The notes beneath the pieces were generated by a model that was not told where the DNA came from, ran no database searches, and was given only the letters and a program-made list of their open reading frames with translations. Both the position numbers and the translations under genes were made by a program. 64,000 bases of DNA. It comes from Squalus acanthias (taxonomy: Eukaryota). Positions 48,362 through 61,509 of this stretch are shown here, piece by piece (the stretch's first letter is position 1; every line of letters begins with the position of its first letter). The stretch is taken from assembly GCA_030390025.1 (NCBI GenBank), contig CM059433.1, positions 17,300,001 through 17,364,000 on the forward strand, written 5' to 3'.

Positions 48362-51300
48362 CATAAGAACATAAGAATTAGGAGCAGGGGTAAGCTATAC
48401 GGCCCCTCGAACCTGCTCCACCATTCAATAAGATCATGGCTGATCTTCGACCTCAACTCCACTTTCCTGCCTGATCCCCATATCCCTTAATTCCCTTAGA
48501 GTCCAAAAATCTATCTATCTCAGCCTTGAATATACTCAATGATTCAGCATGCACAGCCCTTTGGGGTAGAGAATTCCAAAGATTCCCAACCCTCTGAGTG
48601 AAGAAATTCCTCCTCATCTCAGTCTTAAATGGCTGACCCCTTATCCTGAGACCATGTCCCCTAGTTCTAGACTCTCCAGCCAGGGGAAACAACCTCTCAG
48701 CATCTACCCTGTCAATCCCCCTCAGAATCTTATATATTTCAATGAGATCACCTCTCATTCTTCTGAACTCCAGAGAGTACGGGCCCATTCTACACAATCG
48801 CTCCTCATAGGACAACCCTCTCACCCTCTCATCCCAGGGATCAATCTAGTGAACCTTTGTTGCACCACCTCTAAGGCAAGTATATCCTTTCTCAGATAAG
48901 GAGACCAAAACTGTGCACAGTACTCCAGGTGTGGTCTCCCCAAAGCCCTGTACAAATGTAGCAAGACTTCCTTACTCTTGTGCTCTAACCCTCTTGCAAT
49001 AAAGGTCAACATGCCATTTGCCTTCCTAATTGCTTGCTGTACCTGCATGCTAACTTTGTGTTTCCTGTATGACGACACCTAAATTTCTCTGAACACCAAC
49101 ATTTAAATTTCTCACCATTTAAAAAATATCCTGTTTTTCTATTTTTCTGACCAAAGTGGATAATCTCACATTTCGCCAAATTATACTCCATCTGCCACAT
49201 TATTGCCCACTCACTTATCCTGTCTATATCCCTTTGCAGGCTCATTGTGTCCTCCTCACAGCTTACTTTCCCACCTAGCTTTGTATCGTCAGCAAGCTTG
49301 GATACATTACATTCGGTCCCTTCATCTAAGTCATTAATATAGATTGTAAATAGCTGAGTCTGTAAATAGTTACAGCCTGCCAACTTGAAAATGACCCATT
49401 TATCCCTACTCTCTGTTTTCTGTCCTTTAATCAATCCTCTATCCAAGTTAATATATTACCCCCAACCCCATGAGCCCTTATCTTACATAACAACCTTTTA
49501 TGTGACACCTTATTGAATGCCCTTTCAAAATCCAAATATATTACATTCACTGGTTTCCCCTTCATCTACTCTGCCAGTTACATTCTCAAATATCTCGAAT
49601 AAATTTGTTAAACATGATTTCCCTTTCATAAAACCATATTGACTCTGTCTAATCATATTATAATTTTCTAAGTGCCCTGTTACCACTTCCTTAATCATGG
49701 GTTCCAGCATTTTCCCAACGACTGATGTCAAGCTAACTGGCCTGTAGTTCCCTGTTTTCTTTCTCTCTCCTTTCTTGAATAGCGGGGTTACATTTGCTAT
49801 CTTCCAATCTGCTGGGACCGTTCTAGAATCTAGGTAATTTTGGAAGATCACAACCAATGCATCCACTCTCTCTGCAGCCACCTCTTTTAGAACCCTAGGA
49901 TGTATCCTATCAGGTCCTGGGGATTTGTCAGCTTTTAGACCCTTTAGTTTCTCAAGTACTTTTTCTCTACTGATCTTAATTACTTTACGTTCCTCAATCT
50001 CATTAGCCCCTTGGTTCCCTGGCATGCTTTTTGTGTCTTCTACTGTGAAGACAGATACAAAATATTTGTTTAAATTCTGTGCCATTTCCTTATTCCCCAT
50101 TATAATTTCTCCTGTCTCAGCCTCTAAGGGACCAATGCTTACTTTTGCTGCTCTCTTCCTTTTTACATACTTGTAGAAGCTCTTGAAATCTGTTTTTATA
50201 TTCCTTGCTAGTTTACTCTGATATTCTAATTTCTCCCTTTTTATCAATTTTTTGGTCATATTTTGCTGGTTTCTAAAGCTCTCCCAATCCTCAGGCTTAC
50301 TACTATTCTTCGCAACATTATAAGCCTCTTTTAATCTAATACTATCCTTAACTTCTTTTGTTAGCCACAGATGGATCACTTTTGCTGTGGAGTTTTTATT
50401 TCTCAATGGAATATATATTCGTTGAGAGTTTTGGAATATTTCTTTAAATGTTGGCTACTGCTTATCTACCGTCATATCTTTTAATCTAATTTCCCAACCT
50501 ACCTAAGCCAACTCACCCCCATACCTATGTAATTGGCTTTATTTAAGTTTAAGACTCTAGTTTCAGATTTAAGTATTTCACTCTCCAATTCAATGTGAAT
50601 TTGAATCATATTATGATCACTCTTTCCCAGAGGATCCTTTACTTTGAGATTACTAATTAACCCTGTCTCATTAAAGAATACAAGATCTAAAATACATTGT
50701 TCCCTGGTTGGTTCTACAATTTTTTTTAAAAATTCATTCATTGGATGTGGTCGTCGCTGGCAAGGCCAGCATTTATTGCCCATCCCTAGTTGCCCTTAAT
50801 AAGGTGGTGGTGAGCCGCCTTCTTGAACCGCTGCAATCCGTGTGGTGAAGGTTCTCCCACAGTGCTGTTAGGAAGAGAGTTCCAGGATTTTGACCCAGCG
50901 ACGATGAAGGAACGGCGCTATACTTCCAAGTCAGCATGGTGTGTGACTTGCAGGTGGTGGTGTTCCCATGCGCCTGCTGCCCTTGTCTTTCTAGGTGGAA
51001 GAGGTCGCGGGTTTGGGAGGTGCTGCCCAAGAAGCCTTGGCGAGTTGCTGCAGTGCATCTTGTACATGGTACACACTGCAGCCACGGTACGCCGGTGGTG
51101 GAGGGAGTGAACGTTTAAGGTGGTGGATGGGGTGCCAATCAAGCGGGCTGCTTTGTCTTGGATGGTGTCGAGCTTCTTGAGCGTTGTTGGAGCTGCACTC
51201 ATCCAGGCAAGTGGAGAGTATTCCATCACACTCCTTACTTGTGCCTTGTAGATGGTGGAAAGGCTTTGGGGAGTCAGGTGGTGAGACACTTACCGCAGAA

Positions 51301-53306
51301 TACCCAGCCTCTGACCTGCTCTTGTTGCCGCAGTATTTATGTGGCTGGTCCAGTTAAGTTTCTGGTCAATGGTGACCCCCAGGATATTGATGGTGAGGGA
51401 TTCGGTGATTGTAATGTCGTTGAATGTCAAGGGGCGGTGGTTAGATGCTCGCTTGTTGGAGATAGTCATTGCCTGGCGCGAATGTTACCTGCCACTTATC
51501 AGGCCAAGCCTGAATGTCGTCCATGTTTGTTGCATGCGGCACGGACTGCTTCATTATCTGAGGAGTTGCGAATGGCACTGAACACTGTGCAGTCATCAGC
51601 GAACATCCCCACTTCTGACCTTATGATGGAGGGAAGGTCATTGATGAAGCAGCTGAAGATGGTTTTGGCCTAGGACACTGCCCTGAGGAACTCCTGCAGC
51701 GATGTCCTGGGGCTGTGATGATTGACCTCCAACCACCACAACCATCTTCCTTTGTGTTAGGTATGACTCCAGCTAGTGAGAGTTTTCCCCCTGATTCTCA
51801 TTGACTTCAGTTTTACTAGGGCTCCTTGATACCATACTTAGTCAAATGCTGCCTCAATGTCAAGGGCAGTCACTCTCACCTCACCTCACCTCTGGAATTC
51901 AGCTCCTTTGTCCATGTTTGAACCAAAGCTGTAATGAGGTCTGGAGCCGAGTGGTCCTGGCAGAACCCAAACTGGGCATCCGTGAGCAGGTTATTGGTGA
52001 GTAAGTGCTGCTTGATAGCACCTGTCGATGACACCTTCCATCACTTTGCTGATGATTGAGAGTAGACTGATGGGGCGGTAATTGGCCTGATTGGATTTGT
52101 CCTGCTTTTTGTGGACAGGACATACCTGGGCAGTTTTCCACATTGCCGGATAGATGCCAGTGTTGTAGCTGTACTGGAACAGCTTGGCTAGAGGCGCAGC
52201 TAGTTCTGGAGCACAAGTCTTCAGCACAACAGCCGGGATTTTGTCGGGGCTCACAGCCTTTGCTGTATCCAGTGCGCTCAGTCGTTTCTTCATATCACGT
52301 GGAGTGAAATGAATTGGCTGAAGACTGGCTTCTGTGGTGGTGGAGACCTCAGGAGGAGGCTGATATGGATCATCCACTTGGCACTTCTGGCTGAAGATGG
52401 TTGCAAACGCTTCAGCCTTGTCTTTTGCACTCACGTGCTGGGCTTCACCATCATGAGGATGAGGATATTCATGGAGCCTCCTCATCCCGTTCGTTGTTTA
52501 ATGGTCCACCACCATTCACGACTGGATGTGGCAGGACTGCAGAGCTTTGATCTGATCTGTTGATTGTGGGATCGCTTAGCTCCGCCGATAGCATGCTGCT
52601 TCAACTTTTTAGCATGCATGTAGTCCTGTGTTTCAGCTTCCGCAGGTTGGCACTGCCTGGTGCTGCTCCTGGCATGCTCTTCTGCACTCCTTATAGAACC
52701 AGGGTTGGTCCCCTGACTTGATGGTAATGGTAGAGTGAGGGATATGCCAGGCCATGAGGTTACAGATTGTGGTGGAATACAATTCTGCTGCTGCTGATGG
52801 CCCACAGCGCCTCATGGATGCCCAGTTTTGAGCTGCTAGATCTGTTCTGAATCTATCCCATTTAGTACGGTGATCGTGCCACACAACACAGAGGGTGTCC
52901 TCAGCGTGAAGACAGGACTTCGTCTCCACAATGACTGTGCGGTGGTCACTGCTACCAATGCTGTCATAGACAGATGCATCTGCGACAGATAGATTGGTGA
53001 GGACGAGGTCAAGTAGGTTTTTCCCTCGTGTTGGTTCTCTCACCACCTGTCGCAGGCCCAGACTGGCAGCTATGTCCTTCAGGACTTGGCCAGCTCGGTC
53101 AGTAGTGGTGCTACCGAGCCACTTTTGGTGATGTACATTGAAGTCCCCTACCCAGAGTACATTCTGTGCCCTTGCTACTCTCAGTGTTTCTTCCAAGTGG
53201 TGTTCTAGGAAACTGTCTCAAATGCGTTCCATGAACTCGTCCTCCAGACTACCTTTGCCAATTTGTTTTGCCCTGTCTATATGAAGATTAAAGTCCCCCA
53301 CGATTA
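48362..53306 (-). mobile_element. Decayed CR1 LINE (EN to 3' tail) split by another LINE at 50720-53205
   Basis: Fragmented ORF2 in several frames; EN remnant (VGDFNLHID) resumes at 53201-53306; (TTATGTTC) tail at 48362. Confidence 0.92.
50720..53205 (-). mobile_element. Poly(A)-tailed LINE (same family as 14946), EN+RT fragments, nested in CR1
   Basis: WVGDFNVHH, EPTRGKNLLDLVL, SDH, NYRPISLLSIISKVME, MFADD, IYKAQVRSVMEYS; T-run at 50720. Confidence 0.9.
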
Positions 53307-54659
53307 AGGCCAAAGTTCCTTATAAGCTGTTTGCCGATCCTGTGCAGTCCGGGACCGGCTTTTTCGATATCAAAGGGGCCGCGTGCCCAAAAAAATTAGG
53401 AGGAACATTGATTATAGCCTAGCAATATTTTCTGTCCCATTGGGATGGGATCGTGCCAGGTGCTTCTATCATCCATCTGGAGTCGGCATGAGAGCCCTTA
53501 AAGGGTATGATACTTTTTTGCCATTTTTCATGTTCCAGCTTTACAGTCTATTTTTAGTACTTGTTTTATTTATTTTTGTGGAATTTTAAATTTTGTGTTT
53601 TTATTTTCCCTTCTAACAGTATGCAATGTTTATGTGGAACATGAAATAGTAATATTATCTGCTAATTTACCAGAAAGTCAACAATAATTGGAAGCAATTA
53701 CAAGACTTCAGCAAAACTGGAAGAGCTGGAAAATACGTGACATAAAAAAGCTGTTTTTGCAACGCACACTTTCGCAGTAGCTCAGGTAGCAACAAGGTCT
53801 TTAAGTGAAGAGTCCCATGGTGGTCAACAAATCAAGTTGAAGTTAATAACAGGTTGGTTTTGAAGTGCTCCAATTATAGTATTTCATGGTTGAAATGGTA
53901 TGAGATGAAAAAGACATGCCAAAAGAGAGCAGCCTGCACCTGGGTTAGGCTCCCTATATGCTCCATTATGCTACCAGCCAAACCTGCAGGCCCTGGCACA
54001 CCTACCTGGCAGGGGGAAGCAGGCTGTGAGTAAGCATAGAGCCAATGGAAGCTGTCATCTGCTGCAAGGACAACTGCAGTCAACCTGCACTAGTGGCAGC
54101 CAAGACCACCTCCCTCAACTTTTTTTGCTTCCACCTCCTTCCAGGTTAGTATAGGGATAATGTGCAGTATCATCCAATGTGCTGCCCACACATGTAACAA
54201 ACAAGTGGTTAAAGCGTACGTCGGCATGGCCAGCTCTTTCATCTGAATTCCCAATGAACAGCGACAGCAGTGCCCAAAGTCACCAAACTGCTTCATTTTC
54301 CAAAGTAAAGGGATCATTGGCAGGCATGTGTCCATGCTGTAGCCTACCCTATGTGTCAGTGTGTGGCCATGCATCATGCAAGTCGTTTAGGTTACCGTAA
54401 TTTTACGTCTGAAGCCCTTTGAAAATGTGAGTGTACCAAAGGTATCTGTTGTAAGTTGCAGCTTGAATGTGTGCCCTGCTGGAGCTTGGGCATGCATGAT
54501 GACAACAAAAGAGTTATAAGGATGTCTGAAGTATTGCTGTGGGTCAGTAGTAAATCTGGAACTAATTGACAGGCAACGCTTTGTGGCATGCATACCATAG
54601 CCATTTACCTGGCAAATGGTACAGTAAAATAGCCTGATCTTAGCAGCTTGCTTAAAATG

Positions 54660-55196
54660 TATCATTTGTTCCAGGTTGTGCCGATACTGAATGCAACCTT
54701 GACCCTGGCTGTTGCCTCCTGCCAGGTATGCGGCACTGCTGTTGCCTGAGGCGGGTGTGATGGAGTGCCAAACAGAGCAAGCTTCTTTGCACCAGCCTCA
54801 TGTACTAGCACACTCACTTCACGAGTTATCCAAAAGAGGCTTTTCATGCTGGCCATGTTACCCTTCAGTTGCAGACTCTGTTTCTAGCCTCCACAGTTAT
54901 TTTGCTTTCCCTTAGGTTTTGTGAGGCCATTATTTTGCCTCATACAGCCTTTGGAATGTCTGAAACAATGATCCCCCCCTCCCCTCCCATGCAGCCATTT
55001 ACCTTCGAAGTGGCTGCTTGTCTCTCGTCCTGCAAGGGCTGCTCACACATGCAGTTTTCCAGGAACTTAACCATGAATGAGTAATTGGGGCTGAACTCGA
55101 AAAAACCTGGCACAGTGTGTCCAGAGTGATATCTGTGAATGCTAAGCTCACTGCTCCGTGCTATTTTCATTTTAGCATTCATTGAAAAATTCCCCC
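54660..55196 (-). mobile_element. Very decayed Harbinger end with a Myb/SANT-like relic (54662-54856)
   Basis: REVSVLVHEAGAKKLALFG...WQEATARV.....TWNK; terminal AAAAATTCCCCC. Confidence 0.5.
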
Positions 55197-56261
55197 TCAA
55201 TAATCCACCTATGTATTGACATTGCTTCACATCCTGATATAATAAAAAGAATGTTGAAGCTAGTCATTTATGTTCCTCTCGCACAAGACAGGCAGAGGAG
55301 TTGACAATCAGCTTACATATTGCATGATACATGGTTGAACAATCATATCTGTGCCAAGTGATATACCATTGAATATCCTTCTCCACTGCATCTGTTCATC
55401 TAATCTTTTGCATTCTATTGTAGAGAGAAGTATTGGACAAAAAGCATAATGTTTTAGTAGATAGGGAAAATTAAAAAAAACAAGAGAACAAGGAAACCAA
55501 TTTCAGTGGCAGTCAAATTCAAGAAATTTCTTCAATCATCCTAAAACAGGATCCAAGGGTGACTGTGTTCAACATTAGGCTTAGCCTACAATAAACTTCC
55601 TATTCTGCATGATTGACTCCAACGCCTGACTTTACTAAGTAAAGCAGATGTATTCTGAGCTCTGGGATTGCCCTTTGATACCACAGCTCAGATTTTGCAA
55701 TCCTTTCTTTGGTATCTGCAACCACCAGCACCAGCATCAGTCCTGTCAAACACTTGACCTTGGTACAGTTGTCTCCAGCTGAATCTTGCTTCTTGCCAGA
55801 AAATATAGAAATCTCAGCTGTATTACCTTTGGTAAAATATGTAGACCTCTCTTACAAGTAGAAAACCCGGAATATATAGTTGATATTGCCATTTTCACTG
55901 GATCCTTGAGTACTGCCGTCATGACGATAAAGGACCTGTGTCCTGAAGGAAAGAAGTGGGGACTCAATAACAGGTTACCAAAGACTGAACCTATGTCCTG
56001 TAATAAGTACAGAAGGATGACAAAGTTGATTCAAGATTGATGTTGAACATGTGAAGTGACGGCTAGTTTACATGCCAGTGAAATTGCATGCCTTGTGAAA
56101 AGTACCGGGGAAAGAGACAAAGAAATACATTACTTTAGCTAGATATGTTTTTTGAATGGACTGTGTAAACATCTCTGGAGAAAAAATGTATCCTGAGCTG
56201 TGAAAATGAGGCTACTATCCAGTTGACTCTTTTATATATGTCGAGAACTGAACTCTTATTA

Positions 56262-56576
56262 AAGGAAGGATAAACTTGTATTTATATAATGGTTTTCACA
56301 ACCTCAGAACGTCCCAAAGTGCTTCACACTCAATTAAGTACTTTTGAAGTGTAGTCACTGTTGTAATGTAGGGAAACACGGGAGCTACTTTGCATACAGC
56401 AAGGTCCCACAAACAGCAATGAGATAAATGGCTAGATAATCTGTCTTAGTGACGTTGCTTGAGGGATAACTATGAGCCAGAACACTGAAGGAACTTCCAT
56501 GCTGTTCTTCGAATAATGCCGTGAGATCTTTTACATCCACCTGAGAGGGCAGACGGGGCCTCAGTTTAACGTCTCA
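56262..56576 (-). mobile_element. DeuSINE (SacSINE1-like), headless copy
   Basis: Colinear with 25900-26195. Confidence 0.85.
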
Positions 56577-58202
56577 AAATGAATACGCAGAAGAACAGGT
56601 TGGATAGTTTTGGAATGTGCTGTGCAAGGAGGTTGTTAGGTATCACCTAGGAGGACAGAGTGACTGATATTGAAGTAACGAGAAGCCTTTGTTTTATGGT
56701 GATGGTTAGGGCAGGTGTGTCATATGGCTGAACATGAGAAGACATCAATGGGTGTTAGCTGAGAAAAGATGAGATGGCAAGGTCCAAATGGAAAAGTGAT
56801 TACATATAGCTGCGGGAGCTAGCAAAGAAAAGAGCCTTGATCTGTTGCCTTACTGGCCAAAGTAGGCTTCCAGATGTGTCAGTTAACTGGTAACTTTAAG
56901 AGGTAGCTGTCTGCACTGGTCAGATCCATATCTTTCTGTGGTTCCCTTCTTCTATAAAAGAAAACTTTTCAATTGCTCTTGATGTTTCAGATTTCTAATT
57001 TCATGGGCCTCTTTGTACTACCAGCCTAAGTTGTATTCTGAGTTATTCCTGGGCACTGGGGAAGCATGCTGTGTTTGGTTCCTTCCACGTTTTCCGCTAA
57101 TTATAGGGATGATCTTTGGCCATTTATCAGGTTGGACAAAAGGTATTTATCAGCGCTAGAAAGAAAGAGTTGGACCAAAGTGGCCTGCATGTCCCTGAAA
57201 GAGCAGCTTGTGATTAATTCATATCATTATAATGCCCAAAAGTAGTCTGAGGAGTTAGGTAGCTCTATCATCTTTCCTGGCTTTTTAGAAATAAATGAAA
57301 CGAGAAGTGGAATCCAGAACACTCTCCTCCCCAAAAGGTGTAATTTCACTTGTTTATTTTTAGAAAGCTCATTACAATTATGTAACACTTTCGTTTTAAA
57401 AAAATTGTATACCTATACAAAAGAACTTAATTTTGTTTTGCTAAGTGCCAAAAACAATCATTTACATTTAATAAAAAATGATTTTTTTTCAATTATGTTT
57501 CGGAGTGTGCTGCGTCGATTCAAATTTAAGCCAATCGCATGGTACTTTCTATGAGTACTATTCTCACATTGTATGATAATTGTCAATATTTTTGCCTCTG
57601 TAGAGGATTTCAGTATGCTGTAATTACCCATTGGGTTTGTTTACCCTTTACGTATCTGTCTGGTGGGAATCCATTCACTCCTCAGCACCAGCTTGTGTGA
57701 GTCTTCTTGATTTAGAGACATTTAGATGATTATGCAGGATTCATGATTTTACATCAGCAGCAGCTTCTGCTGATTGATGAGACCTCATCAACCATCCTGC
57801 CCACTGAATACATTCAGTGTGATAAAGCTGTTTGTCGTCAATGGTGATGGTGCTGTGGAGGAAGTTTGCTATATATGGCAAGCAGAGTGAATGATGTCAC
57901 TATAATAGATGGTTGAAATCTTCACGAGGATCATCTAAGTATTGATATTTACCACATTAATTATAACATAGAAGATGTGATCTTTTAAAATAACATGCTA
58001 AATTAATATTTTATACAATAATTGTGTTGCAAATGTCAGTTTTTACTGATATGGTAAGAGGCCTGTAGCAAAGATATAGCACAACACAGAATCCATAACG
58101 GAAGGAGGTTCAGATCCAGGTTTTGCTTTGTACCTTGCATATGGAACATGCATTGCAATCCTCTGCTAACCACACTGCTGCAGTATAGTGTTTTTTTTGC
58201 AG

Positions 58203-58389
58203 CCTGAATAGCAGTCTAGCCAAAGTATAATGCACAAGAGGATGGAATAAATATGCCATTTGATCACTGGCCTGATCCTTTAAAAAAAAAATCATCCTTT
58301 TCTGCTGAATATGCTTCTCGTTACTGTGTGTCAGCAAGAATAGCCTAAATATTAGGACTTTACTGGGGTACACTAAATAGGCTTGGAAG
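58203..58389 (+). other. Probable 5'UTR exon of the host gene (RIBEYE-type transcript)
   Basis: Acceptor TTTTTTTTGCAG and consensus donor AAG|GTAAGT in a TE-poor block; splicing to 61505 puts an in-frame TAA six codons before the ATG at 61510. Confidence 0.45.
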
Positions 58390-61151
58390 GTAAGTCTGAG
58401 GCAACTGTTTCATTTCCTACTTTGCTTACAGTAGATTTTTTTTGTTGCAATCGGCTTCCTTTGGAAGGAATTGTGACAGGCTTGCATTTGTGAATTAAAA
58501 TAGGTTTGGATTGATCTTCATGCTTTGAAATGTTGTTCAAGAGGAAAATGTCATGCCACTGTTAGAGATTGTTCTTTAAAATTGTACTTATTCATCATTC
58601 CGATATGTTATAACACAGTGTGGTCCACAGTTGCTATTAGCAGCTGTGGTTCAGTCTCTAAGCACAGGGTGATGGCAGACATGGCTGAGTCTCTGGCAGA
58701 GAAAGTCCTTTATCTAGCGAGCTTATTAACTACATGCCCGCCAATAGATGTTTGATCTTTTATTTGATGACATTTTTAATTGAAATGTCCCTTGTCATTT
58801 TTGTTAATTCTTTCTTAATGAGCCAAAGGTGGCATTACTGTTGAGAAGATACTCAAGCAAAGTGGTATTACTCAGAAGCAGAACATAATTCTGCATATTC
58901 ACTGTGGGGATCAGTTGTCAAAATAAAACGGGTAGTTGTAGTGAAAGAAGATTCAACATGAAACATTAATTAAGTTTAAATTGGTGCACCTGAAGTATTG
59001 GGTAGCAGTACAAAGAATATGAGCGATTACAGTGCTTAAGGTCTGAACTTTCAAATGAAGGAGGCATTCGTGCTTTTGAAGCAGTCTTTCTATCAACACC
59101 CGTCCATTCTTGCCGTTCTAAAATGCCTCAGGAGTGGTTGCCTATTCATTTTATTTGTAATATTAGTAAAAGATGATAATAGCTGCGAGATTGACATGTC
59201 CATTATGTCTGCTCAATTGTGTGTTGAAAATCTGCGGCATTTTTGGTAGCAATTTGTTCTTTTTGAAAATCCTATAAAACTTCATTGAGACCGTATTGAC
59301 AGATGACACAAGACATTTACATCTCAATGATCACCCAGTGTAATGGGTGTACGGATAGGATAAGGTTGAAAAAATAGTTTCAAAGTTAGCCACACTGATG
59401 TATGGTTGAAGGAAGTGTAAGTGCAGATCTTACTGCGAGCAGGGAGGAAAAAACACAACTATCCGTAGCTACACATTAGATAGCTGCTTTGGTTGATCCT
59501 GAACCCATTATAGAGAAAAATCAATAATTTGCAGCTTGACTAAGGGAAGATGCTGCATTTTGTTAAGGTTTTCATACTTTCTGCTGCAATAATTTCTACA
59601 TTCCATAATCGTTTTTCCTCAATAACTATTCAGATAGTTCTATGTATTTCTTTTTTATATTGGTGGGGGGGAAAAAAATGACAAGAATCCAAAGCTATAA
59701 TTATGCGTTCCCCAAGACAGATGCCTGGCCTTCTAGCTTTCTGAATGGAGCAAGAAATGTAACCATTATTATTTGTACAGAACACTTTCACGTATTTTAA
59801 GATGTATTTGTAACAGTAATGGTACATTTGCCCTTGTTTTAAAGAATATTACGAAAGCATAATTTTAAATTAAATTACTACATGGGAGCAATGGATGATC
59901 CAGGTTTGAATAGAGGCATGTTTTGCCGGCTGTCTTTTTGCTCTCATATAGGCATTTAAAATCCTGTTTGAAGCTATTGGATCCCTGAATTATTCACTTA
60001 AAGTGGCCAACTTTAAATTCCGTTACCTCTGTTTGTTTCCTGGTGACCACTATGTCATTGCAAAATAGTAAACCCGACAGAAATAATGAATGAAACGCAG
60101 ATAACGAAGATAGGTGATATGAAAGATATCAATCACAGTAATAAATGCTATTTCAAACCGGTAACTGGCAAGTGGATTTCCAAAATAACAGGATCGATGA
60201 CACGACTCCTGAGAGCTTACTTTAAACCTTCGCTGGTAAATCCTATCGTTGGTAAACTCACCCCTTTCTGAATCAAGATATAAAATGTAACCTCATTTTG
60301 AAAATTAGAAATTGTTCATGTTTCCATACATCTGAAAATAACTGATTTTATTGCTGCTTTAGTAAATGATCCAGCATCGCACACATGGTCAAAGGAGATT
60401 ATTGATCTGTGGCAAAATCTCACAGTGACTATTATTGCTATTATGCTCGAATTCCAGCCAAAACAGCCTGTCTACACCATTCGTATTTTTAAATGTTTTG
60501 TTAGTGATATTTACAGTACTTTTGACAACCTGGAAAGGTACAGCAGGAAAATAGCTGACTGGTTTTGAATGATTCTTTCACGTGCTAAGATGCCACTGCT
60601 AGTTTGTCCCAGAATACTGTGTGAGAGATGATCGAAAGAGGTGGATCTTTGTAGGCAATGGATCTTATAATAAATGCGGTTGGACATGGCTATGGAGGAG
60701 AAAAGATTATATTGTTAATTTTTTTTTTTCTCTTGGGATTGCTGTCAGTTTGGCACATGGTCAGCCCACTTTTTATTTTGATAAGTGAGATATCAGTATA
60801 GATGAGCAAATATTATATGGAAGATCACGTCACGAATCCTGCGAGGCCTCCAGGAATATCTGTGGAATACGACTGGTCAGGACTGGATAGTTGGATCAGT
60901 ATCCTGCAGCATTTAACCCGATTGCCTTTGGGGTTGAGGAGGAATTCAACAGATTTCTCTTCACTAAAGTGTTACTTGTAGTTAAGCAAGCCCCTGAGGA
61001 GATTAAATAAACTATAAGGCAAGTCCAGAACACTGCAAATTGTACACAGCATCTTTGAAAAGAATACGTTGAATGGCCCTTTCTTGTTCCATCATTTCTA
61101 ATGGGGTCATATTTTTTAACTTACAGAACAGAAGTTTCTAGATTCCACACT

Positions 61152-61397
61152 AATACAAAAGCACAATACTGTGGCTGCTGGAAATCTGAAATAAAAACAG
61201 AAAATGCTGGAAATACTCAGCAGGTCGGGCAGCACCTGTGGAGAGAGAAACAGAGAAACAGAGTTAACGTTTCAGGCCGATGACCCTTTGCCACTTCTGA
61301 CGAAGGGTCATCGACCTGAAACGTTAACTCTGTTTCTCTTTCCACAGATGCTGCCTGACCTGCTGAGTATTTCCAGCATTTTCTGTTTTTATTTCTC
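61152..61397. mobile_element. Penelope-like fold-back insert (family P1), TSD GATTCCACACT; intact + strand hammerhead core at 61297-61325
   Basis: TSD at 61141-61151 and 61398-61408; ~100-bp imperfect inverted arms; CUGACGA-A-GGGUC(AUC)GACCU-GAAACGUU. Confidence 0.88.
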
Positions 61398-61509
61398 GAT
61401 TCCACACTCCACTGTGCCCTTTATTGAAGTTCACTGAATCTGTTAGCTAATCTATGTAAACATGTTTTTTTTCCCTATGCTTTCAATTTCTCCTTTTTAA
61501 ACAGATTAT

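Noticed and set aside
55786..56040. Possible RTE-like RT remnant (YIVDIAIF...WGL....KTE)
   Set aside because: Too degenerate to support without an HMM search.
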